A stretch of 11,289 nt of DNA from a bacterium (lineage in GTDB: Bacteria; Hydrothermota; 32-111). The DNA lies in contig JAWOBN010000013.1 in the NCBI GenBank assembly GCA_046484245.1, positions 1 through 11,289 on the forward strand, read 5' to 3'. This document shows positions 1 through 8,300 of the stretch, piece by piece (the stretch's first letter is position 1; the number at the start of each line of letters is the position of its first letter). Position numbers and translations under genes: made by a program. The notes under the pieces are model-generated. The model was not told where the DNA came from. It did not search any database and saw only the letters and a program-made list of their open reading frames with translations.

Positions 1-207
1 AATCAGCATCTAATTAAATTTGCCCGCAGTATTAAAAATCATGAAGAATATATCTTGAATCATTGTGAATATCCTATTCATACAAGCAAATTGGAAGGTA
101 TAAACAACAAACTAAAAAACATAAAAAGACACGCTTACGGTTATACAGATACGCAATACTTTGAATTAAAGGCTAAACAGGCGTTTCCCGGTAAATCCAC
201 CAACTAA
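1..207 (+). CDS. ISL3-family DDE transposase, C-terminal part (runs off the left edge of the window)
   Basis: Not in the ORF track. Frame +1 translates to NQHLIKFARSIKNHEEYILNHCEYPIHTSKLEGINNKLKNIKRHAYGYTDTQYFELKAKQAFPGKSTN* with TAA at 205-207. The EGxNNKxKxIKRxAYGY...YFxLK string is the characteristic C-terminal motif of ISL3 transposases and contains the catalytic E. Confidence 0.93.
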   Translation, partial: NQHLIKFARSIKNHEEYILNHCEYPIHTSKLEGINNKLKNIKRHAYGYTDTQYFELKAKQAFPGKSTN

Positions 208-221
208 TATGGAGAAGAACC
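1..221 (+). mobile_element. Right end of an ISL3-family insertion sequence
   Basis: The transposase stop is followed by TATGGAGAAGAACC ending at 221. Read from the end on the - strand this is GGTTCTTCTCC..., matching the GG(C/T)TCT-type termini of ISL3 elements. The next 8 bp (GAAATATT, 222-229) are AT-rich, as expected for an ISL3 target duplication. The left end is outside the window. Confidence 0.85.
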
Positions 222-451
222 GAAATATTGAAATAAATGTCATGATATTTTTAGACTTAGTGAGAGGAAAAATTTAAGTTACGATATTTATCAATTTAAA
301 AAATTCAATTTTGTCAACTATCACAAATTTCAATGACTGTCCCCGGGAATTGGATAGAATGCTATGTAAATCAAGGATTAGATTAGGTTATGAAGGGATT
401 TGGACTGTTTCGGGCAGAATCTATTTGTATCTTTGCCCTCCATCCCTCCAT

Positions 452-479
452 CGTTATGCGTAATGCGTTTTGCGTGAGG
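452..479. repeat. Four degenerate tandem heptamers (CGTNNNG)
   Basis: CGTTATG CGTAATG CGTTTTG CGTGAGG at 452-479. Two more related units (CGTGATG CGTTTTT) lie at 523-536. Confidence 0.7.
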
Positions 480-489
480 TAATTTAAAT

Positions 490-515
490 TAGGGTTCAAA
501 TTGTTGAACCCCTAC
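490..515 (-). repeat. GTAG-type REP-like palindrome
   Basis: The - strand reads GTAG GGGTTCAA CAAT TTGAACCC TA: a GTAG tetranucleotide directly followed by a perfect 8-bp stem (492-499 with 504-511) and a 4-nt loop. This is the established architecture of GTAG-family REPs. Only one copy is visible in the window. Confidence 0.65.
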
Positions 516-571
516 TATTTATCGTGATGCGTTTTTTAGGAGATTATCTTATCATTTGCTCCCTGAATTCC

Positions 572-599
572 TTGACACTTCATTTTAATATATTATATT
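572..599 (+). promoter_or_regulatory. Sigma70-type promoter for the oxidoreductase operon
   Basis: Perfect TTGACA at 572-577, 16-bp spacer, TATATT at 594-599. The predicted +1 falls at about 606. Confidence 0.7.
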
Positions 600-605
600 T
601 ACATT

Positions 606-1985
606 ATGAATATGAAAAAGATATTTGCTGATATACTGCCTGAGGAGAGGGTCTTGAGTTCAGGTGAGATTCTTGATGATTATTCCACTGATGAATCATT
701 TATCAGGCATTCCAAGGCTGTTGCAGTAGTTTTCCCTGTTTCCACCCGGGAGGTATCGGATATACTGAGCACAGCTTATGAGAATAATATTATAATAATA
801 CCCAGGGGACTTGGCACAGGTCTCTCGGGAGGCGCAATCCCCATTGAACCATCAGTGATTGTATCAATGGAGAAGATGAACAGGATACTGGAAATTGACA
901 CTGACAATCTGATGGCTGTGGTCCAGCCCGGTGTCATTACCGGTGAACTGCAGAAAGCAGTTGAGGAGAAGGGATTGTTCTATCCCCCTGACCCGGCTTC
1001 ACTGGAATCCTGTTCCATTGGCGGTAATATTGCAGAAGCATCAGGCGGTCCCAGGGCTGTCAAATACGGCACAACAAGGGACTATGTCAGAGGATTACAG
1101 TTCGTAACACCCCCCGGGGATATTATGAGACTGGGAGGCAAGATAAAGAAGGATGCAACAGGTTATGCACTGAAGGATCTTATTGTCGGCTCAGAGGGAA
1201 CACTGGGCATTGTTACTGAAATCACACTATCCTTAATCCCCCTGCCTTCACACTATACGGATCTCCTTGTGCCCTTTGATTCAATGGATGATGCAGCCAG
1301 AACAGTATCTGATATTGTAAAGAGCAGAATAATACCTTCCACTATTGAATTCATGGAGGAGAGGGCTCTTCAGACTGCCTACAGGATGCTCGGCAGTGAT
1401 GCTAAGACAAATCAGGGAACAGCACAGCTGCTTATCCGGGCAGACGGTTTTGACAGTGAGAGTGTGGACAGGCAATGTGAACGCATAGGCGAGATATGTC
1501 TAAACAATAATGCTATTGATGTATTTGTTGCTGACTCAAAGCAATTCCGGGATATACTGTGGAGTGCCAGAAGAAGCCTGCATGATGCTGTTGTTGACAT
1601 GTCAATTGAGATGGAGAGGGAGGATGTAGTTGTTCCGCCTGCTGCACTGCCGGAACTTGTGAGAAGGATAAAGGAGCTTGAGGTAAAATACGGTATAATG
1701 ATTGTGATATTCGGGCATGCAGGTGACGGTAATGTACATATCAATATGCTCAAGACAGAGGAGAATAAAGAGAATTTTGACAGTAATCTCAAGGACCTTG
1801 TGAAGGATATCATGGTGATAACACTGGAGCTGGGCGGTAATCTCTCAGGAGAACACGGCATCGGTCTCTTTAAAAAGCGCTTCATGCATATGGCATTCAC
1901 AGAATCTGCACTGGATATTATGCGCGGTATAAAGAAGGTCTTTGACCCTAAGAATCTTTTCAATCCGGGAAAGATACTGCCATGA
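606..1985 (+). CDS. FAD-linked oxidoreductase, GlcD / D-lactate (D-2-hydroxyacid) dehydrogenase family (VAO/PCMH fold)
   Basis: 459 aa with PRGLGTGLSGGA, VQPGV, YPPDPAS, SIGGNIAEASGG, KYGTTRDYV, GSEGTLG, EDVVVP, GHAGDGNVH, SGEHGIG and a C-terminal FDPKNLFNPGK. The substrate cannot be assigned. An alternative start is the ATG at 612. Confidence 0.95.
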   Translation: MNMKKIFADILPEERVLSSGEILDDYSTDESFIRHSKAVAVVFPVSTREVSDILSTAYENNIIIIPRGLGTGLSGGAIPIEPSVIVSMEKMNRILEIDTDNLMAVVQPGVITGELQKAVEEKGLFYPPDPASLESCSIGGNIAEASGGPRAVKYGTTRDYVRGLQFVTPPGDIMRLGGKIKKDATGYALKDLIVGSEGTLGIVTEITLSLIPLPSHYTDLLVPFDSMDDAARTVSDIVKSRIIPSTIEFMEERALQTAYRMLGSDAKTNQGTAQLLIRADGFDSESVDRQCERIGEICLNNNAIDVFVADSKQFRDILWSARRSLHDAVVDMSIEMEREDVVVPPAALPELVRRIKELEVKYGIMIVIFGHAGDGNVHINMLKTEENKENFDSNLKDLVKDIMVITLELGGNLSGEHGIGLFKKRFMHMAFTESALDIMRGIKKVFDPKNLFNPGKILP

Positions 1986-2752
1986 AGAGATTATTTATTC
2001 TTGCTTTTATTATCCTTACTGCTCTGTCAATCCCTGCATCCGAAGTGATTTTTGACAGTGACGGCATTTATTCTCTCATAACATCCCCGTACACCAATGC
2101 AGTTTATATATCCCCCATTATATCGTCTCAGACAGCAGCAGACAATATCATTGACAATAACAGCACTCTTATTGTGCCTGTTTCATCATTTCAAAAATCC
2201 TACTCCCGTCACTGTTCAATCATTGAAGCAGGCTGCAGTGTATATGCACTGGACGATTCATTGCCCTTTTCAGTGATTATCAGCCCCGGTCAAGTTTTAC
2301 TGGGGAGTTTTGAACTGTCTGACAGGAAGTATTTGGGTAATTGTTTCCTGTTCCATTCAGATGAGAGTGATGTCATTAATTCATTTTTAGTGATTGCCGA
2401 CTCCCTTAAGTCACGGGCAATGCCTGTTAAGGACCTCGGCTCAGTTGCCAGAGAGGATGTTCACTCTGCACCGGGACAATTCGTCAATAAGATGATTACA
2501 TTAAGAGGCACCATTGACAATATCAGGGAGATATCCGGCTCGCAGATGTTTCTTCTCAATATGCAGGACCCTGTAAATCCTGTAACCATAGTCATTTTCA
2601 ATGATATTGCAGAAAACATCATTGCCTCGGGCATCAATCCGCAGTATTTTCTCAATAGGGAGATCTCTGTAAAAGGTGTGTTTATTGACCATCCCAGGTA
2701 TGGTTATGAGATCATTCTTAATTCACCGGACAATATTGCAATCATTGATTAG
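1982..2752 (+). CDS. Secreted protein with a C-terminal OB-fold-like domain and a possibly degenerate PLD-like N-terminal domain
   Basis: 256 aa, ATGA overlap with the upstream gene. Sec signal peptide MKRLFILAFIILTALSIPA|S. Residues ~155-256 (GQFVNKMITLRGTI...FLLNM...VTIVIF...NREISVKGVF...YEIILNSPDNI) follow the pattern of OB-fold domains often appended to secreted nucleases. Confidence 0.75.
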   Translation: MKRLFILAFIILTALSIPASEVIFDSDGIYSLITSPYTNAVYISPIISSQTAADNIIDNNSTLIVPVSSFQKSYSRHCSIIEAGCSVYALDDSLPFSVIISPGQVLLGSFELSDRKYLGNCFLFHSDESDVINSFLVIADSLKSRAMPVKDLGSVAREDVHSAPGQFVNKMITLRGTIDNIREISGSQMFLLNMQDPVNPVTIVIFNDIAENIIASGINPQYFLNREISVKGVFIDHPRYGYEIILNSPDNIAIID

Positions 2753-5298
2753 AAAGAGAAGAGTTTCTTCATCTCATTGATGAACTCATCCGCTTTATCC
2801 TGAAATTTGTTTTTGATATATCCAGACAGTGAATTCTCTGTTATGCTCACAGCAGGCATTTTATAATTGCCTGCCAGTTCAAACTTCACGCCTATTGTAT
2901 CCGCCTCATAATCACCTGCCCTGAGCAGCCGTTCCAGGACACCTGTGTCAGCAAGACGCAGGTCAATGATATAATTGCCCTCTATCAGAATATTCTTGTC
3001 AAAGTCAACATTGCCGCTGTATATAAGGGAATGACCGGTCTTCTCCATATAGAAGTCCTCAAATGTAACCTGTTCATTGTGAATGTCAAATACTCCGGAC
3101 ATATCCTCAAAGTAGAATGTATCAGGCATATTGACCTTTATCACACCGCCTATTTTGTCAAACAGCACCGGATTGACCATCCAGCCCTGTCCCACAACCG
3201 CAGACACCTGCCCTGCTATTGTCTGTCTCATACTGTCCTGATAGAAGGAGACAATACTCCTTGAATCCACCTCTCCGCCCATTTCATACGGTGTAATATC
3301 ATGCCTGTCATTGAACTGCTCTATTTCAACACCGTCTGTCACAAGGTCTATTTCAATATATTTCCTGTCAGGATAATACATTGCATCTGTCTTGATACTG
3401 CCGCCTGACATGAGCCCCGTATAATCTTTTATCTGAGCCAGTCCGTCCCTTATGAGAATTGTCATTTCACTCTTTGCAATCTTTTCAGACCTGAACACAG
3501 CAGTATCACATTTTGCATTCACTTTAATATCTATATTGGACGGAATATCAATATCCGGGCTCTTGCTCTCTTCATTGCTGTTGCTTATTGGGATGAGTGA
3601 ATCAATATTGATATAAGTGGCAAGAACATTCATTGTTCCTGAATAATCATTATTTTCTTTCCTGATATCTATCCCCTTCACAACTCCGTCAATCCATTCA
3701 CCCCTTATAAGGGCACTGCCAATATAGAAATGTTTGAAATCCGTTACAGTGATATTGTTAAGTTTCAGTGACGGCCTGTCCCTCAATCCGTCAATTGACA
3801 ATTTATCAGTGATAAAGTCAAGTTTCACAGTATATGCATCTTCACTGAGCAGCCCTGTCATTTCCCCGTTGAATTTTCCCGTGCAGGTGCTGAGTGCCTT
3901 GATGCCGCTGAGATCAGCCTGACCGGAGAAACTGTCATGCAGCACCTCATCCTTCAGATGATAGGAATATGCATGCCGGGAATTGATTCTCCTGCCTGTC
4001 ATATTCATTGTGCCGCTTGTTCTTGTACCGTCCCAGTTTCCCCGGATATTGCTGATATCAAAATTGAATGTGTCATATCTTAAAGATAGATGCTTTATTG
4101 TATAATCAGAGTATGATTTGCTCAGTATATGATCCAGATCCGCCATTGAATCAAAATCAAATGTATAGTCAAAATCAAAGTTCATTTCACCTGAGACAGT
4201 GAATTCAAGGGAGTCAGTCAATTCCTCCAGATGCGAGGCATTGATGCCTGTGATTCTTGTTCTGCCTGTAAGACGGCGGTGCAGAATACTGTCAATATTA
4301 AAATAACCGCTTGTCATTACAGTGTCCTGACCCCATCTCAGCAGCATTTCATAGTCAATACCCGAGTCCCTCTTTGTCATTGTAAATTTGCGGAAATCCT
4401 CCAAAGACACTCTCCTGTCCTGATAATCAATATCCATTTTCATATCATTGATTCGGGCAGTGAGTGTGTCTATATTCAATATATTACTCTTCCATGAATC
4501 ATTCATATTATAAATCCCCGAAGCATTGCCGTGCCCCGATGCATCAATATTAATCTCCTCAGGTAATTCCAGAAAATAGCTCAGTGTGAAAGGTGTGATA
4601 TTTTCAATGTTGAATTTGTAGGATAACAGACTGTCTGCAATAGTCACTCTGCCGTGTATCTTTTCATCTGCAGGAGTCACAACAGTAAGGGGGGATAGTA
4701 TTATGCTGTCACCCAGCACAGCTTTCAGTTCAGTGCTCAGTGTGCCGATTCTCTCTATATAATCAATAATGGGTCTTGATGTGAATTTACCGCTCACATA
4801 AAGCAGTGAATCCGAAGACACCATAAGCATGCCATTGATGTCATCTATCTGCAGTGTATCAATAAAAAGCACACAATTTCTCATTCTTACATTTGACAGG
4901 AACATAATATCGTCTTTGTCACTGAGCACTTGTTCCCCCCTTTCAATTGAATCAGAGTCAATGCGGAGGGTGCATGACATGAGAGTCATGGAATTGAAGA
5001 ATATTTCCTTTTTCAGGAGTTTCATGAAATCCACCTGAAGGTCTGCTGACGGGATACGGGCATTAAACATCCCTGTTTCAATGACACATTGGTGAAGTGT
5101 AGCTGAAATGCCGTCAAATGAGAATGAATATTCCAAATCCTCAATAGTTACATTTATATCCTGCTTGTCTGCAATCTCTGCTATACGCTCGCGGATCTTC
5201 TCTGTTCTCAATTCATTCCTGACAACAAAATAGATGCCTGCTGCAGCAACTGACAGTATTATTAGTATTATCAGAAGAAAAGAATATATTCTTCTCAT
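2749..5298 (-). CDS. AsmA-like family protein (inner-membrane anchored, beta-rich periplasmic protein)
   Basis: 849 aa. Single N-terminal TM segment (MRRIYSFLLIILIILSVAAAGIYFVV) followed by a helix and a ...ADLQVDFMKLLKKEIFFNSMTL segment typical of AsmA/Chorein-N starts. Alternating beta-strand pattern throughout. AsmA-like C-terminus (GQGWM...FEDMSGVFDI...YSGNVDFDKNI...FELAGNYKMPAVS) ending in an amphipathic helix. Confidence 0.85.
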   Translation of the reverse strand: MRRIYSFLLIILIILSVAAAGIYFVVRNELRTEKIRERIAEIADKQDINVTIEDLEYSFSFDGISATLHQCVIETGMFNARIPSADLQVDFMKLLKKEIFFNSMTLMSCTLRIDSDSIERGEQVLSDKDDIMFLSNVRMRNCVLFIDTLQIDDINGMLMVSSDSLLYVSGKFTSRPIIDYIERIGTLSTELKAVLGDSIILSPLTVVTPADEKIHGRVTIADSLLSYKFNIENITPFTLSYFLELPEEINIDASGHGNASGIYNMNDSWKSNILNIDTLTARINDMKMDIDYQDRRVSLEDFRKFTMTKRDSGIDYEMLLRWGQDTVMTSGYFNIDSILHRRLTGRTRITGINASHLEELTDSLEFTVSGEMNFDFDYTFDFDSMADLDHILSKSYSDYTIKHLSLRYDTFNFDISNIRGNWDGTRTSGTMNMTGRRINSRHAYSYHLKDEVLHDSFSGQADLSGIKALSTCTGKFNGEMTGLLSEDAYTVKLDFITDKLSIDGLRDRPSLKLNNITVTDFKHFYIGSALIRGEWIDGVVKGIDIRKENNDYSGTMNVLATYINIDSLIPISNSNEESKSPDIDIPSNIDIKVNAKCDTAVFRSEKIAKSEMTILIRDGLAQIKDYTGLMSGGSIKTDAMYYPDRKYIEIDLVTDGVEIEQFNDRHDITPYEMGGEVDSRSIVSFYQDSMRQTIAGQVSAVVGQGWMVNPVLFDKIGGVIKVNMPDTFYFEDMSGVFDIHNEQVTFEDFYMEKTGHSLIYSGNVDFDKNILIEGNYIIDLRLADTGVLERLLRAGDYEADTIGVKFELAGNYKMPAVSITENSLSGYIKNKFQDKADEFINEMKKLFSF

Positions 5299-5301
5299 AT
5301 G

Positions 5302-8300
5302 TCAATCCATAAGGTTTTTTATTTCTGCATTCTTAAGGAGCTCAATGCGCAGATAATCAGAGAGATTATTTATAATCTCCCTGGCATACCCGCGGGAAAT
5401 ATGTTCAGCCATCAGTTCAACCGCACTGACGGAATAATCAACAATATGCCTCTTCTCTATCAGGTCAATCCTCAGTTTGCCCGCTCTTTCAATATAGGTG
5501 TTGATAATATTGAGCTGTTTGATCTTATTCTGCGAAAGCATATCCGTGTTTTCCTGCATTTCATAGAACCTGTCCCTGATAAGACTTGCTGCCAGACGGT
5601 GTTCAATTATACCGCATTTCTCTGCACTGTTCTCCGCCTTTGACAGGACATCATCACAACTCGTATAATCCTCTGTTGCCAGATAGAACCTGGCAAGTGT
5701 TATATTGTTCCTCAGTAATGCAACTGCATTATCAGTATCTGATGAAACCTCAAATGCCTCTGATGCAACACTGGAGAGTTCAGTGATTCTGTTTTCCATA
5801 TTCTGATAGAGTTCAGCAGCAGTGGAAAGTATGTCAGTGAGCATCGTTATATTATTCATCTTCCTTGCTGATTCAATGATGTTCAACGCCCTCTTCTCGG
5901 CTTTTTCAAATTCACCCTTCTTAATCAGCATCTTTACCATTGTAATACCCAGTTGACATATCAATTCTTCATTCCGGTATTTCTCCGCCTCCTTCAATGC
6001 ATCAGCAAGTATTGATTCCTCCTCTTCCAATGCACCGGCAATACCCCTTATCTTTGCCTCAATCTCCATTGAGAGTATCTTCAGTTCAGGCATGAGGGTA
6101 TCTGCACATGATATCCTGTTTGCCTGTGCAATGTGCAGTGCGTCTTCCAGATATCCTGTCAGCATAACAGTTTCAGAATACTTGATTCTCATATAATTGA
6201 GCAGATGAATATGCTTTATCTCCTCTGCAATCTGCATGGCTTCCCTGTAAAGCATTGATGCTTTTTCAAGATTGCCTGCAGAGATCTCAAGTTCGGCAAT
6301 ATTGACAGTAACCTCTGCATCCATTGTCTTTTGACGCGTTTTGGCGGCAATCTTCTTTATCCGGCGGAACTGCTTCATTGCAGTTTCAGTATCCCCCTCC
6401 TCATACATAAGGCCTGCAATATTATTGAGTATCTTCATTTCCTCTCTATCATCACCTATCTTCCGCGCAATCTCCAATGCTTCATCATACATATGCTTTG
6501 CCTTTCCCTTATTGCCTTTCCTGTCAATCAATGCTGCAAGATTAGTCAGTGTTATCATTCTGTCCCTGTGAAATTCATTGTCTGTCTGAATCTTCAATGC
6601 CTTTTCCATTGTTCTCTGTGCATTGTCCAATTTTCCCATGAACCAGTAAATACGCCCCAGATTGACATACTGCGAACCCGTGTCTCTCAATCTGTTATGC
6701 TTAATGCTCAGGGCAAGTGCTTTATTACAGTACTCGGCAGCTTTATCATACTGCCCCTGCTCTGATGCAATGAGACTGAGCTGATTGTACAATGCAGTCG
6801 GGAGATGCTCATCTCCGGACTGCTCGGCAATCTCCAGGCTTTTCCTGTACATATCCTCAGCTTCACGGGGTTTGCCGGACTGCTGTTGTACAAGCCCCCT
6901 GTAATTGTAATAACCTGCATAATGTTTCTTGTCCTTACTGAATATATCCTCATTTTCAATGAGGAACTGCTCGGCCTTATTCAAATCTCCGCTGCTTATA
7001 AGGATATTGACGATCCTGAATGCAACAGTATTGAACAGTGAGTATTCATTGTTCTTTCTATGATACTCCAATGCCCTGGAGTATTTACCCATTGCACCGG
7101 AATGAGCAAACAGCTGCATATCCAGATCCCCCGCCTCTCTGAGGAATACAGGCGCCCTGCTGCTGTTTGCTGCTTTATCATAATGATATGATATGTCTCT
7201 TGCCTTCTCACGGGATTCCGGATAGAGGTTCTTTTCAAAATAGACTGCTATCTGATTGTGGACCTCAATCCTCTTTGTCTTCATCAGTGAAGAATACACA
7301 GCATTGTGAAAGATTTCTGTCTGGAATCTGTACTGCGAGCCGCCGAGGAATCTCAGATAATTATTATCAGTGAGGAAAGTCAGATCCTCATCAACAGAAG
7401 CCTTGTCAAACCTGAATATCCGCGTTATGTAATCAGCAGAGAATGTATTTCCCAGAATAGATGCATATTGAAGCAATGTCTTCACTGATTCGGGCAATGT
7501 ATCAATTTTTTCAAGGAAAATTGACTTAAGGGAATCGGGCACAGCACCCTGACTTTCATCACTGAGCAGCAGGGTATTGCCTTCCTTGTCATACAGTTCA
7601 CTGGAAAGCATAAATTCAGTCAATGCAGCTGTATAACCGGGGTGGCCGCCTGTTTTATCCATTATGGCACTGATAAAAGAATCAGAAGCATCGTACCCTG
7701 TCATTTCCTCAATCATCATGCCTATCTGCTCTTCTGAGAGATAAGGGGTTTCAATAACAATATCAAAATCAGAATCCGGCTCTGTACGCGATGAATAGAT
7801 AACAGGTATGTTTTCAATCTGTTCTGTCAGGCCTGACAGAACTTTTTTTGACTGTCTGTCAATATGATGATAATCATCAATAAAAAGAATCAATTCCCCT
7901 GATGCTGATCTGGCATCAATAATCTGACTGAGGGAATGATGTATGTAGGATATCAGTGTATTCTCGTCAAGATGTGAGGTGTCAGCAAGTTCAAAAAGAT
8001 AGTATATGCCCCTTCTGTATTCCTTCATCAACACATTGTCAATTTTCGCTTTGATGTTATCCCGGGTCTCAGAATCACCTATTTCAAATATGCACTTGAA
8101 AAAAGCCTTCAGAGCTGAGTATGGTGTATGCATCAGAAAGGATTCACCCTTGATAGTGAGTATATTGATATTGAGTCTATCCGCCCTGTCAAGGAAATGC
8201 GCAGTAAGAACAGATTTACCTGTTCCTTCATCTCCGGTTATCAGGAGTTTGTCTGTCCCGCCCTCAGCAGATTTACTGACAAACCCTTCAATGTTTCCCT

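Noticed and set aside
285..317. - strand TTGACA (317-312) as a promoter facing the IS
   Set aside because: No acceptable -10 hexamer at 16-18 bp spacing.
412..438. Possible hairpin GGGCAGA...TTTGCCC
   Set aside because: Only 7 pairs including a G-T, with a 13-nt loop and no U-tract; too weak to call a terminator or REP.
503..515. GTTGAACCCCTAC matches the tRNA T-arm region GTTGAACCCCCAC (9053-9065) at 12/13 positions in the same orientation, suggesting an att duplication bounding an island
   Set aside because: The match stops in the T loop and does not extend to the tRNA 3' end as att duplications do. The same 10-mer occurs inside the peptidase gene (9769-9778), no integrase is present, and the REP-like hairpin explains the sequence.
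230..570. CRISPR array, riboswitch or small CDS in the intergenic region
   Set aside because: No repeat-spacer periodicity, no riboswitch consensus that I recognise, and no convincing ORF.
1281..1963. - strand ORFs of 64 and 183 aa inside the oxidoreductase gene
   Set aside because: Antisense shadows; the longer one is Ser-rich, as expected from reverse-complemented codons.
2461..7488. Numerous short ORFs overlapping the secreted-protein, AsmA-like and cyclase genes
   Set aside because: All lie essentially within longer, well-supported genes and show no family motifs.
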